DNA of 64,000 nucleotides, from assembly GCA_963764165.1 (NCBI GenBank), contig CAVXRD010000002.1, positions 2,592,001 through 2,656,000 on the forward strand, written 5' to 3'. Positions 36,850-47,393 of the stretch are shown here, in pieces (position 1 is the first letter of the stretch; each line of letters opens with the position of its first letter). Under the pieces are notes generated by a model that saw only the letters and a list, made by a program, of their open reading frames with translations, searched no databases and was not told where the DNA came from. The position numbers were made by a program, and so were the translations under genes. This stretch comes from an uncultured Verrucomicrobiae bacterium. GTDB taxonomy: Bacteria > Verrucomicrobiota > Verrucomicrobiia > Limisphaerales > Palsa-1400.

Positions 36850-39177
36850 ATGGTTCGCCAGATCAAATATGTTCTCTTGATGGGATTGGTTTTCGCGCTG
36901 TTCCTGCTTGGGTGCGCCAGGCCGGCTTGCGCGCAAATTCTTTCCAACGGTGGATTCGAGGCAGGCTTGAGCAATTGGAGCGCCCGGCTCGCGGTCGGCG
37001 GCGCCGCCGTGTTTGCAAATACGACCTCCGACATCCATTCCGGCACCAATGCCTGCCTGATCTCTGTCTCCGATGCCGGCACTTCTCCGAACTCGGTGCG
37101 CCTCGTCAGCAGCACGTTTACGGCGAGCGCGGCGGATACGTACGTTTTGAGATTTTGGGCCAGCGCGAGCGTGGATTTCGCCAATTTGGGAATTAATATT
37201 ATCGGAGCCATGCCGACCGCTCCATTGATTCCGTTCGAGATTTCCACCAACGAGGACAACTATCAGGAATACCTGTTCGCCTTCAAAGCGAGCGGGCAGG
37301 CATCGATTGCCTTCAATTTTCAAACGGCCGGAAATTACTGGCTCGATGACGTCGAAGTGTTGGATCTTACCAACAACGACGGATGGGACATCCCGATGAC
37401 GTATCTCTGGCAATGGGGGCAGGAACGATATTCGCTCACGAACTCAGTGGGATGGGGCGGAGGCGACAACGACAAATCGGTCCTTCTGCCGGACGGCAGT
37501 GTGGCTTGGATTTTCAACGACACATGGACGGAGACCTTCAACTTTTATTCCAACATTCACGGCGGCGGCGACCTCCCGCGCAACAGTGTCGTGCATCAAG
37601 TGGGCACCAATCTTTACATGCTGAAAACGAGCACTGTTTTCGTTCCGACGAACACGAACGATCTTTATTGGATCGGCGGGCCAGTGGTGGAAAGCAACAA
37701 GCTGCTCGTCCTGGTCAGCGAAGTGAATGCCACGGCGATCACGCGCGTCGGAACTTCTATCGCGCAGCTATCATTGCCCGCTCTCACGCTTGACAGCATC
37801 ACGACGGTGGCGTCACCGGCTTCGGACGATTACAACCCCGTGCTTAATGGCCAGGACGGATACTACTACATTTACTGGGCATCGAACAATTTTGTCCGCG
37901 TTGCGCGAACGCCCGTCGGCCAGCTCGCCGTCAGTTCGGCGTGGAATTATTGGACGCCCGGCGCGTGGGTCACGAACCACTCGCAGGCCGTCCCGCTGCC
38001 GTATTTGCAGGGCGCATGGTCTTGCGCGCAGCTTGGCGTGAGCAATTTCGCGATGGTTTACATGCCGGATTTGGATTGGAATATCGTGGCGCAATTCGCT
38101 CCGACCCCACTGGGCCCGTGGAGCGCTCCCATTAATGTAGTTGACACACCGTATCAATGGGGCGAGCTGAATTACATGCCGAACATCTGCGCCGGAACCG
38201 GCAGCAACGGGCTTTACACCATCGGCTATTCCGACAACGGATCGCCGGACGGGCTGGCCAAAGTCGCCGCAGACAAGTCGTATTACAATCCGCATTTCGT
38301 CACCGCCAACTTGCTGGCGCTCTCGCCATTTTCGGCCATCGCGGGCGCAGGCGGCCCCGGTTCGCGCATCTCGATCAAGTTCGCCGCCGACCAGGATTAC
38401 GGGAACGATCTCGTGAACGTCACCCAGCCGGCGGGAGTTCTCAGCTCGAGCAACTGGTTTAATTTTTTCGGGCCGGACAGCGCCAGCAAAGGCGCGACTA
38501 ACGTTCCGTTTTACTCCTCGCAAGGCCAGCGTTATCAATCCTCCGCGGTGCTTGTTTATGATTGGGCGGGCGAAATCAACCTCATCGGAAACAACGCGCC
38601 TTTGAGCAACAACGTGGCGCTGATGAACAGCTTCATCAATGTGCAGAACAACGGCTGGTATCTGTCCGTCACCAATCTCGATGCGCCGTTCACAAATGGA
38701 TATTCGGTTTATTTTTACTATCAAGGTGGAGAGGTTGGTCGCGGCGGCCAAAATTATCTGCGCTATTACAGCGGCAAGACGACGAATGGAGCGTCCACCG
38801 GGCTTGAGCGCTGGGATTTGTACTCGACAGCGGCGACCAACAACGGCGTGTTTGTGCAGGGCCTGACGCCGTTGTCCACGAGCGCGGCCAACGAAACGCC
38901 GAACGCCAATTACTGTGTGTTTACAAACCTCTATGGCGGCGCTTTCAGCTTGATGATCACCAATGGAAATTACGGCGGCATCAGCGCCATTGAAATTGTG
39001 GCCAGCAGCCCGCCGCTCTCCGCGCAATTTGTGAACGGAAATATCGTATTGACGTGGTATCAAGGCACGCTCCAGCAAACAAGCGACCTCACTGCTCCGT
39101 GGTCAGATGTCGTCGCCACGTCGCCTTATTCGCTCCCGGCGACTGCGCCTCAGCAATTTTTCCGGATCGCGCCGTAA
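36850..39177 (+). CDS. Secreted multidomain protein (CBM-like N-terminus, DUF4185/DUF5005-like propeller, conserved C-terminal tag)
   Basis: Signal peptide; LSNGGFEAG...WLDDV; GGGD..SV.LPDG..AWIFNDTW, RNSVV, APTPLGPWS. Confidence 0.65.
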   Translation: MVRQIKYVLLMGLVFALFLLGCARPACAQILSNGGFEAGLSNWSARLAVGGAAVFANTTSDIHSGTNACLISVSDAGTSPNSVRLVSSTFTASAADTYVLRFWASASVDFANLGINIIGAMPTAPLIPFEISTNEDNYQEYLFAFKASGQASIAFNFQTAGNYWLDDVEVLDLTNNDGWDIPMTYLWQWGQERYSLTNSVGWGGGDNDKSVLLPDGSVAWIFNDTWTETFNFYSNIHGGGDLPRNSVVHQVGTNLYMLKTSTVFVPTNTNDLYWIGGPVVESNKLLVLVSEVNATAITRVGTSIAQLSLPALTLDSITTVASPASDDYNPVLNGQDGYYYIYWASNNFVRVARTPVGQLAVSSAWNYWTPGAWVTNHSQAVPLPYLQGAWSCAQLGVSNFAMVYMPDLDWNIVAQFAPTPLGPWSAPINVVDTPYQWGELNYMPNICAGTGSNGLYTIGYSDNGSPDGLAKVAADKSYYNPHFVTANLLALSPFSAIAGAGGPGSRISIKFAADQDYGNDLVNVTQPAGVLSSSNWFNFFGPDSASKGATNVPFYSSQGQRYQSSAVLVYDWAGEINLIGNNAPLSNNVALMNSFINVQNNGWYLSVTNLDAPFTNGYSVYFYYQGGEVGRGGQNYLRYYSGKTTNGASTGLERWDLYSTAATNNGVFVQGLTPLSTSAANETPNANYCVFTNLYGGAFSLMITNGNYGGISAIEIVASSPPLSAQFVNGNIVLTWYQGTLQQTSDLTAPWSDVVATSPYSLPATAPQQFFRIAP

Positions 39178-39203
39178 CCGAGGTGTAATTGAAAGTGGGG
39201 CAA

Positions 39204-39305
39204 GAGGTAGGGACGCCTCGCCGAGGCGTCCGAGGACTCTCGCGATTCCGAACGCGGTCGAAAAGCGCCACAGCCCCGGACGCCTCGGCGAGGCGTCCCT
39301 ACCTC
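39204..39305. repeat. REP doublet, family B
   Basis: Perfect 29-bp IR gaggtagggacgcctcgccgaggcgtccg; preceded at 39182 by ggtgtaattgaaagtgggg, a relic of the 19299-type element end. Confidence 0.9.
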
Positions 39306-41593
39306 AACTGCGAGATGGCGGCGGGCGGGCGGGCGTCGCTTCCGGTGGCCCATTTGTAATCGGGGCCGGAGTCCATTTCGAACTTCACTTCGCCGCCAGC
39401 GGTGATCTGTCCGTGCGTCAAATAGATTTTATCCAGCGGCGAGCTGTTGAGCGACGCGCCATGAATGTACGGACGCTGCGGTCCGTTGTTCCGGGCGTTG
39501 ATCACGAAATGCTGGTTGGTGGCGACCGTGAGCGTGGCCTTGTCAAATATCGGGCTGCCAATGGCGTATTGGTCCGTCCCCGGGCAGACCGGGTAAATTC
39601 CCAAGGCGCTGAATACATACCAGGCGGACATTTGCCCGTTGTCCTCATCGCCGCTCAATCCATCTGGCGTGGATTGATAAAGCTCGTTCATCACCTGGCG
39701 AATGCGAATCTGTGTTTTCCACGGCTGGCCAGCGTAATCGTAGAGGTAAATAACGTGATGAACAGGCTCGTTGCCGTGGGCGTATTGGCCGAGGTTTTGC
39801 GCCACCATCTCATTCATTTCATGAATCATTCCGTGATAGGTGCCGGTTTTCACCTCGGAGCCCGCCGCGAACATGGCGTCGAGCTTTGCCGCAAACTTTT
39901 TGTCGCCGCCCATCAATTCAATCAAGGCGGGGATATCCTGCATCACGCTCCAGCTCCATTGCCACGCGTTCCCTTCGACAAACGGGCCGCCCCACTCGAT
40001 GGGATCGAACGGCTCGCTCCATTTGCCGTCCTCCTGGCGGCCGCGCATGAAGCCAACCGACGCGTCAAATACATTTGTAAAATTCATGGCGGAGCGCGCG
40101 AATTGGCGGGCTTCTGCTTCGCGTCCAGCGGCTAGCGCAAGCGTGCCCGCGCAAAAATCGTCATAGGAGTACTCGAGCGTTTTCGCGGTGGTGTCGGAGG
40201 TCTTCGGATTTGGCAAATATCCCAGCGTGTCAAAATATTTGCATCCGCCGCGGCCCATTCCAAAGAAACCTTCGTTATGAGCATCGTGCATGACCGCGCC
40301 AGCCGCATCGGCCGGATTAAACGAGCGGACATTCTTCGCCCACGCATCGGCCAAAACGGAAAATGCGTGATTGCCGATCATCGCATTGCGGTTGCCGGGG
40401 CTCGACCATTGGGGAAGCCAGCCGCTTTCGCGATACGCGTTGAGAACGCCTTGCACGATCTCTGCGCTGAAATCGGGAAACAGCAGATTATAGAGAGGAT
40501 GGGCCGCGCGGAACGTGTCCCAATATCCGGTGTCCGTGTACATGTAACCGGAGTGAATTTTCCCGTCGTAAGGGCTGAAATACGTCGGCTTCCCGTCGGC
40601 CCCGATTTCATAAAATCGATGCGGAAACAAAACGCTGCGGTAAAGCGCGCTGTAAAACGTGCGCCGCTGCTCTTCAGACCCGCCTTCGACGGCGGCGCGG
40701 TTCAAAATGGAATTCCACCGCTCCTCGCCGCGCCGGCGAACCTTGTCAAATGAATCACTGCCGATCTCCTGATCCATCGTGCGCTGCGCCTGCTCAAGCC
40801 CGATGAAGGATGACGCCACCCGGCACTCCGCCACCGGCGTCTTGCCGGTGTCGAATTGCAGATACGCGCCGACGTGATGCCCTTCGATCTTCGATCCCGC
40901 TTGCGCGACATCGTTGGACCAAACGCCGCTCACTTGAAAGGGCTGGTCGAATGTGATTACGAAATAATTCCCGAAATTATCGGGCACCGCGCCGCGATTA
41001 TTTCGCGCCACGCCGATGATTTTATTTTCCTTGGGCAATATCTCGACCGACGAATCTTTTTCGCTAGGAAACAAATCGAGCACGACAAATCCGTCCCCCG
41101 ATTTGGAAAACGAGAAACGGAAGCGCGCGGCCCGTTCGGTGGCCGTCACCTCGGCGATCACGTTCCATTTATCGAGGAGGACTTTGTAGTAATTGGGCTG
41201 GGCCTGTTCGTTGGCGTGGGAAAATTCCGATTTTCGATCCTCCTCGTTGATGGCCAGCCTGCCAAAGACCGGCATGAACGCGAACGCGCCGTATTCTGGA
41301 ATCCACGCGCTCGGCTGATGGGTCTCGCGGATGCCGCGAATCTCGTGGTGCCGGTACTGGTAGTAGAACGAATCCTTTTGCGGCTGCGTATAGGGCGCCC
41401 ACGTATTCATTGGAAACGGCCACGCAATGGCGGGATATGTATTGCCGTGCGAGAACGTCCAGGAGGAGTCCGTCCCTTGAAGGGGATTGGCCAGAAACAC
41501 TGGCGGCAAATTCGATCCGCCCGCCTGCGCGGCATTCGCCGCCGATAGGATTGAGGCAATCCAAAACATCTTAATCGAGCGCAAAAGGGACAT
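39299..41593 (-). CDS. GH92 alpha-1,2-mannosidase
   Basis: HGNTYP, THQPS.W, WDTFRA, MIGNH, KTLEYSYDD, EGNAWQW, QYAHGNEP, GDEDNGQMSAWYVFSALG.YPVCPG. Confidence 0.93.
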   Translation of the reverse strand: MSLLRSIKMFWIASILSAANAAQAGGSNLPPVFLANPLQGTDSSWTFSHGNTYPAIAWPFPMNTWAPYTQPQKDSFYYQYRHHEIRGIRETHQPSAWIPEYGAFAFMPVFGRLAINEEDRKSEFSHANEQAQPNYYKVLLDKWNVIAEVTATERAARFRFSFSKSGDGFVVLDLFPSEKDSSVEILPKENKIIGVARNNRGAVPDNFGNYFVITFDQPFQVSGVWSNDVAQAGSKIEGHHVGAYLQFDTGKTPVAECRVASSFIGLEQAQRTMDQEIGSDSFDKVRRRGEERWNSILNRAAVEGGSEEQRRTFYSALYRSVLFPHRFYEIGADGKPTYFSPYDGKIHSGYMYTDTGYWDTFRAAHPLYNLLFPDFSAEIVQGVLNAYRESGWLPQWSSPGNRNAMIGNHAFSVLADAWAKNVRSFNPADAAGAVMHDAHNEGFFGMGRGGCKYFDTLGYLPNPKTSDTTAKTLEYSYDDFCAGTLALAAGREAEARQFARSAMNFTNVFDASVGFMRGRQEDGKWSEPFDPIEWGGPFVEGNAWQWSWSVMQDIPALIELMGGDKKFAAKLDAMFAAGSEVKTGTYHGMIHEMNEMVAQNLGQYAHGNEPVHHVIYLYDYAGQPWKTQIRIRQVMNELYQSTPDGLSGDEDNGQMSAWYVFSALGIYPVCPGTDQYAIGSPIFDKATLTVATNQHFVINARNNGPQRPYIHGASLNSSPLDKIYLTHGQITAGGEVKFEMDSGPDYKWATGSDARPPAAISQLR

Positions 41594-41624
41594 AGCTTTT
41601 AAACTTCCGTAACCGCCGGGGCTT

Positions 41625-41668
41625 TGTCGATGGGTTTGAGTGCCAAAGCTGCTGGCATTGCGTGCCAA
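41625..41668 (-). promoter_or_regulatory. TTGGCAC direct-repeat operator (site 2), upstream of GH92
   Basis: Minus strand: TTGGCACgcaatgccagcagctTTGGCAC-N9-TCGACA. Confidence 0.7.
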
Positions 41669-41697
41669 AATCGGTCGCATACGATTTTAAGAAGGCC

Positions 41698-41762
41698 GGC
41701 GGTGCGAGGCTGCCGCCGAGCCGTTCCCTTCAATGATGGCTCGGCAGGAGCCTCGCCCTGCC
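41698..41762. repeat. Degenerate REP doublet, family A
   Basis: ggcggtgcgaggctgccgccgagcc ... ggctcggcaggagcctcgccctgcc. Confidence 0.75.
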
Positions 41763-41898
41763 GTAATTCGCCAATTGTCGAGGGAAATTGACCATGCAGA
41801 ACTTGAGTTTCACTGGGGAGCGCCTGTAACCTTCGGCAAGAACTTCAGCCCTTTTCGCGCCCCCGCCTCTGACGGATGGGACGCCGAAGTTTACTGTA

Positions 41899-44800
41899 AT
41901 GCGCGTTGTCCGACATGAAAAAAGCTGGCTCGCCTCGCTCCTAATCGCGGGGATGTGCCTGCATGGCATCGCGGCGGCTCGCGCGGAAGCGGACGGCTCC
42001 CCCCCAATCATCACGAACATTTCGCAACTTTCTCAGGACTTCGAGAATCTCTCCGCGCGCGCCCGGATTCGCGCGGAACTCACCGGCACCGTTTTCATCG
42101 GCGGATCCAACGAGACGGTGGTTCTCATTGACGGCGATTCTCAACCGCATGTTGTCAAATCAAAAGATGGCCAGGCGTTGAATCGCGGCCAGCGGGTCCT
42201 GCTGGAAGGTTATTGCATCCGCGAGGGGACCAATTTGCTCACCGATTCGCTGCCGCTGATCGACAATGACGGGACGCACTCGATGTCCGCAAAATCAGCG
42301 GGCGCGTGGCTTGAGGCCGGCTGGCAGCCCATCGAAGTTCGCTACTTCAATCAACTGGGCGACCGTGGATTGGAGGTTTCCATCGAGGGGCCCGGCCTGC
42401 AGCCGCAAACGATTCCCAACTCGATGCTTTTTCATTCGGAGCGGGAGCCGGGCTTGCTCTATCAATGTTTCGAGGGCGAGTGGCTCGCCATGCCCGATTT
42501 CAATTCATTGAAACCTTTCAAGTCCGGTGTCATTTCCAATTTCAACATCGACGTGGCTGGCCGCGAAACAAATTACGGCGTCACTTTTTCCGGGAGCATC
42601 GCCATTCCGAGCCCTGGATTTTACACGTTCACCTGCCGTTCCGATGACGGCTCGCTGGTGTTTCTTGGGAATGATTTGTTGACAGCAAAAGCCACCGGCG
42701 CGACAAACCTGCCGCCGCTTCCGATTTGCGGCGCGGGCCAATCGCTGGGCGCAAATCCGGCCAGCGGAGAATTTTGCGCCGCGCTGGAGGGGGTGGTCAC
42801 CTTTGCGGCGGTGGACTCCGGACATCTCAATATTGAATTATCCGGTGGCCGCGAACACGCGCTCCTTCAGATGCCGAATGCGACGGGCGTTGTCCCGCCT
42901 GATTTGATGGGTTCGCGGATTCGGGCCGCCGGGATTTGCCGGGCGACGTTTACACCTGACGGAGATCATGTGGCGGGATTCTTGCGGGTTTCGGGCGAGG
43001 AGCAAATCCAGATTCTCCAAAGCTCTCAACACCTGCGTCCTTCGGCCCTGCCGGGAACGGAAGGCGGACTGCCAATCCTCACCACCATTGAGCAAGCAAA
43101 GCAAATGAGCCGCGAGGAAGCAAAGCGCGGTTATCCCGTCCGCGTGCGCGGAGTGATTACGTTTGTGTGGCCCGACGCCGGATTTTTTCTCCAGGACGCG
43201 ACGTGGTCGATTGAGGTCCAAATGACCCCGCAGATTTCGCGGGACAAACCGCGCATTGGGGACTATTGGGAAGTCGAAGGACAAACGCTGGCGGGATTCG
43301 CGCCGGACATTCGCGCCACGCGCGCGGCGCGGCTGGGGCTTGGAGTTTTGCCTGAACCCGTCCGCCCGAATTGGGGCCAATGGCTGGATGGCAGCCTTGA
43401 CACCGAATATGTGGAACTGGAGGGCATCGCTTCGTCCTCGGACGAATCCTCGCTTTCATTGTTGACGCGCGGCGGACGGCTGACGGTGCAATTGCCGGAA
43501 TTGCCGCAAAAAAAATTGGCCGAAGTGCAAGGGGCGCTGGTAAGAATTCGAGGCTGCCTCATTCCGGGCCGCGATCCCGCAACGCAGCAGGTGAAGCTCG
43601 GCTCGTTCGCCCTTCGCAACGCATCCCTCGCCATTGAGGAGGCGGCCCCGGCGGATCCGTTTGCGATGCCATCGGAGCGGACGGCGGATTTGCTGTTATT
43701 CGAATCGCACGCGAGCCCCATCCGCCGCGTCCGGCTCCACGGCGTTTTTCTCCTGCAGCACGACGGCGTTTGCTACCTGATGGATGGCACGAACGGATTG
43801 CAAATTTCGCCCAAACACGCGGTGGACTTTCACGGCGGCGATTTGGTGGATGTGGTGGGTTTTCCCAATTTGGACGGCCCGTCGCCTCTGTTGCGGGATG
43901 CCGAAATGCGTGCCACCGCTTCCGGGCCGCTTCCGCCGCCGCGGACAGTTTCGCCGACAAATTTATTCGGCGAGGAATATGACTCAACACTCGCGCAGAT
44001 CGAGGCCGTCCTGGTGTCCTACCGGATCAGCGAGGCCGATCAAATTCTGCAACTGCGATCCGGCCAGCGCCTTTGGACGGCGCGCCTGCCGATCAGCGCC
44101 GGCAAACTGCCGAGCATCGAACCGGGCAGCGTCCTGCGCTTGACAGGCGTTTACACCGCGCAAGGCGGTGACCGCGCGGCCGGGCGACCGAGCGAATCGT
44201 TCGAATTGCTCTTGAGCAGCCGGGCTGGCGTGGTGGTGCTGCGGCAGCCGTCGTGGCTGACGGCGCGCCACGCGCTCGTGGTGGCGGGCGCGCTTCTGGC
44301 GACGCTGCTGCTGGCCTCGATTTGGATTTGGGCGCTCAAGCGCGAGGTGGATCAGCGCACGGTGGAGCTGAAAGTGGAAATCGAAGACCACAAGCGAACC
44401 GAATTGGAGCTGGAGGAAAAAACAAAAATGCTGACGCGCGAAATCGAGCAGCGCGCCAAGATGCAGGTGGAAATCGACCGGGGCCATCGCGAACTCCTGA
44501 TCACTTCGCGGCGCGCCGGGATGGCGGAAGTGGCGACGAGCGTGCTGCACAATGTCGGCAACGTTCTCACAAGCGTGAATCTTCTCGGAACGTCCATCAT
44601 GGATCGTGTCCGCGATTCAAAAATCGCCAGCGTCACCAAGCTTGGCGAATTGCTGAAAAGCAACAAGCCGCGCCTGAACGAATTCCTGACCTCGGACGAG
44701 CGCGGAAGAACGGTCCCCGGATTCGTCGAGCATCTCGGTGAGCGGCTGCAGCAGGAGCACACGGAATTGATCGGGCTGGTGAAGTCGCTCAACGATAGCA

Positions 44801-45348
44801 TTGACCACATCAACGAAATCGTTTCGACCCAGCAGGCTTACGCGAAGATTTCCGGCGTGCTGGAGACGGTGGCGCCGGCGGAAGTGGTCGAGGACGCGCT
44901 TCGCATGCACGGCGAGGCGCTGCACCGCCACGGAGTCGAGATCGTCCGCAAATTCACCCACACGCTGGCGGCCACGATGGATCGCCACAAAGTCCTGCAA
45001 ATCCTTTTCAACCTGCTCGAAAACGCCAAACATGCCTGCATGCAAACACCCGAACCGGACAAACGGGTGGTGATCACGGTTGAACCCGCGGCCATCAGCC
45101 GGATTCGCATTGTCGTGGCCGACAATGGAATTGGAATTCAGCCGGAGAACTTGCCGCGAATTTTCGACCAGGGATTCTCGACGCGCCGGGACGGCCACGG
45201 CTTCGGTCTTCACAGCAGCGTCCTGGCGGCGCAAGACATGGGCGGCAGTTTGTCAGCGCAGAGCGACGGGCCGGGAAAGGGCGCGACGTTCACGCTCGAA
45301 CTGCCGTTGACGCCGCCCGCCGCAAAACACACAGCGAACGGATCATGA
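41899..45348 (+). CDS. Sensor histidine kinase with PA14 and OB-like repeat ectodomain
   Basis: LIDNDGTH, RSDDGS (PA14); repeated VRVRGVIT/VELEG modules; one TM; H-box EVATSVLHNVGN; NLLENA, DNGIGI, GHGFGLH. Confidence 0.88.
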   Translation: MRVVRHEKSWLASLLIAGMCLHGIAAARAEADGSPPIITNISQLSQDFENLSARARIRAELTGTVFIGGSNETVVLIDGDSQPHVVKSKDGQALNRGQRVLLEGYCIREGTNLLTDSLPLIDNDGTHSMSAKSAGAWLEAGWQPIEVRYFNQLGDRGLEVSIEGPGLQPQTIPNSMLFHSEREPGLLYQCFEGEWLAMPDFNSLKPFKSGVISNFNIDVAGRETNYGVTFSGSIAIPSPGFYTFTCRSDDGSLVFLGNDLLTAKATGATNLPPLPICGAGQSLGANPASGEFCAALEGVVTFAAVDSGHLNIELSGGREHALLQMPNATGVVPPDLMGSRIRAAGICRATFTPDGDHVAGFLRVSGEEQIQILQSSQHLRPSALPGTEGGLPILTTIEQAKQMSREEAKRGYPVRVRGVITFVWPDAGFFLQDATWSIEVQMTPQISRDKPRIGDYWEVEGQTLAGFAPDIRATRAARLGLGVLPEPVRPNWGQWLDGSLDTEYVELEGIASSSDESSLSLLTRGGRLTVQLPELPQKKLAEVQGALVRIRGCLIPGRDPATQQVKLGSFALRNASLAIEEAAPADPFAMPSERTADLLLFESHASPIRRVRLHGVFLLQHDGVCYLMDGTNGLQISPKHAVDFHGGDLVDVVGFPNLDGPSPLLRDAEMRATASGPLPPPRTVSPTNLFGEEYDSTLAQIEAVLVSYRISEADQILQLRSGQRLWTARLPISAGKLPSIEPGSVLRLTGVYTAQGGDRAAGRPSESFELLLSSRAGVVVLRQPSWLTARHALVVAGALLATLLLASIWIWALKREVDQRTVELKVEIEDHKRTELELEEKTKMLTREIEQRAKMQVEIDRGHRELLITSRRAGMAEVATSVLHNVGNVLTSVNLLGTSIMDRVRDSKIASVTKLGELLKSNKPRLNEFLTSDERGRTVPGFVEHLGERLQQEHTELIGLVKSLNDSIDHINEIVSTQQAYAKISGVLETVAPAEVVEDALRMHGEALHRHGVEIVRKFTHTLAATMDRHKVLQILFNLLENAKHACMQTPEPDKRVVITVEPAAISRIRIVVADNGIGIQPENLPRIFDQGFSTRRDGHGFGLHSSVLAAQDMGGSLSAQSDGPGKGATFTLELPLTPPAAKHTANGS

Positions 45349-47384
45349 ATCAAAACCCCGCCATCGATTCGTCCGGCAAGCCTCGAATTTTAATCGTCGA
45401 TGACAATCCGTCCGTCCACGAGGCGTTCACCAGAATTCTCCGCAGCGACGCGCCGGACCAGGAATTGGAGAGCGAGGAAGCCCTCTTGTTCGGCGAGCCA
45501 GACGCTCCGGCAATCAAGAAGCTCGAATACTCCGTCGACCATGCCATGTCCGGCCAGGAAGCCGTCGACAAAGTGCGCATGGCGACGGAACAGAAGCGCC
45601 CGTTTCAAGTGGCTTTCGTGGACCTCCGCATGCCGGGCATTGACGGCGTCAAGACGATTGAATTGATTTGGGAGCTTGATGCGCAGATTCAGACGGTGAT
45701 TTGCACGGCCTACGCCGATTACCGCTGGCGCGATCTGGCCCGGCGTTTCGGCAAGACGGACCGATTGCTGGTGTTGAAAAAGCCGTTTCACGATATTGAA
45801 GTGATGCAGTTGGCGAGCACGCTCACGCAGAAATGGGCGCTTGGAAAACAAGCCGCGCTGAAGCTGGACCAGATGGAGTCGCTCGTCGCCAAGCGAACGC
45901 AGAAGCTCCTCGACCTGCAAAAGAGGGAGCACCAGCGCCAGCGGGATCTTGACCAGGCGAAGCTTCGCAACCTGCTGCAATTGGCGCAGGAATTCCGCAC
46001 GCCGCTGACGCTCATCCTGAATCCCATTGCGGACTTGATGAACGGTGTTCCCCTTGACCGCGCGAAACAGGAGGTCATTCATCGCAGCGCCCAAAACGTT
46101 CTGCGCTGGCTCGACGATGCGGCGCTGATTCGCAGGCTGGAGTCGGAGGACAAGCCTCTGGAACTGGCGGATTTGCATTTGATTCCGTTCCTGCGCGGTT
46201 TGGTTGAATCGTTCTCCGCGCGCGGCCAGGCCAGGGGCGTTCAAATTGATTTTGCCCCGGTTCAAACAGAAATGACGATTGCCACGGATGTGGCGGCGTT
46301 GGAAAAGGCGCTCTTCTCGCTTTTGGGATGGAGCGTCGAAGCTGCGCCAGACAAAGGCCGCGTTCTCATCCGCCTCGGCCTCGAAAACAATGCCGCGGCC
46401 ATCGAACTCACCGTCGCGAAACCGAGGGACCTCCCCTCGCCGCTGACAAAAGAGTCCGACACGGCGCAGCTTTTGGTGCGTGAAATTTTGCATCGCCTGA
46501 ATGGCACGATGGGCATCAGACATTCGGACGAGGCGCTCAAGATGGATATTGGCCTGGGCGAACTTCAACCGCCGGCCACGGCTGCCGCAGCCGCGCCCGC
46601 CGTGGAGCACGCGGAAGAGAAGGAATTGCCGTTATTATTGACGGTGGAGGTGAGTGACGATCTCCGCGCTTTTATTCGCGAGGGCCTGGGCGCGGAATAT
46701 CGATTCGTGGAAACGACGCGAGCCGGCGAAGCCCTCATTCAAGCGCGCGAAAACGTGCCGGATTTGATCATCATCGATTTCGACGCCGTCCCCTCCCACG
46801 CCATCAGCCTTTGCGCGGAGATCAAAAACGACCAACTGACCAGCCACATCCCGGTCATCTTGATTGGGGCGGACGCGTCCGACGCGACCCAGCTCAACGC
46901 CTTGAAAGCAGGGGCTGACGATTGCCTGGCCAAGCCGTTCCGGCTGGCGTTGCTCAAGGCCCGCGTCGGCAACCTGCTGGAAACACGCCGCAAGCTTCAC
47001 CAGCATTTCCAAGGCCCCACCCCGATCCAGCCCGCCGAGATGGCTGGGAACCAGATGGACGCGGAATTTCTCCGCCGAGTCGTGGATACGGTCGAGGCGA
47101 ACCTGGCCGATTACGAATTTGACGTAGAAACGCTTGGGCACCGGCTGGGCGTGAGCCGCAGGCAATTGTTCCGCAAATTCAAGGCCATTGCAGGTTGCAC
47201 GCCGAATGTTTTCATCCGCGAAGTCCGCCTTAAGCGCGCGGCCCGCTTGCTGGAAGAAGGGCGCCTGACGATTTCGGAAATCATTTACGCTGTGGGATTT
47301 TCCGATCCCAAGCATTTTCGGACGGTTTTCCGGGAGCGTTTCGGGGTGCTTCCGGGCGAATACGCCAAAAAGCCGGCCCCATGA
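45345..47384 (+). CDS. Hybrid regulator: REC - degenerate HisKA/HATPase - REC - AraC HTH
   Basis: ILIVDDN..VDLRMPG; AQEFRTPLTLIL (His absent); GADDCLAKPF; SRRQLFRKFK..RLKRAARLL..VGFSDPKHF. Confidence 0.85.
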   Translation: MNQNPAIDSSGKPRILIVDDNPSVHEAFTRILRSDAPDQELESEEALLFGEPDAPAIKKLEYSVDHAMSGQEAVDKVRMATEQKRPFQVAFVDLRMPGIDGVKTIELIWELDAQIQTVICTAYADYRWRDLARRFGKTDRLLVLKKPFHDIEVMQLASTLTQKWALGKQAALKLDQMESLVAKRTQKLLDLQKREHQRQRDLDQAKLRNLLQLAQEFRTPLTLILNPIADLMNGVPLDRAKQEVIHRSAQNVLRWLDDAALIRRLESEDKPLELADLHLIPFLRGLVESFSARGQARGVQIDFAPVQTEMTIATDVAALEKALFSLLGWSVEAAPDKGRVLIRLGLENNAAAIELTVAKPRDLPSPLTKESDTAQLLVREILHRLNGTMGIRHSDEALKMDIGLGELQPPATAAAAAPAVEHAEEKELPLLLTVEVSDDLRAFIREGLGAEYRFVETTRAGEALIQARENVPDLIIIDFDAVPSHAISLCAEIKNDQLTSHIPVILIGADASDATQLNALKAGADDCLAKPFRLALLKARVGNLLETRRKLHQHFQGPTPIQPAEMAGNQMDAEFLRRVVDTVEANLADYEFDVETLGHRLGVSRRQLFRKFKAIAGCTPNVFIREVRLKRAARLLEEGRLTISEIIYAVGFSDPKHFRTVFRERFGVLPGEYAKKPAP

Positions 47385-47393
47385 CTTGAAGGG

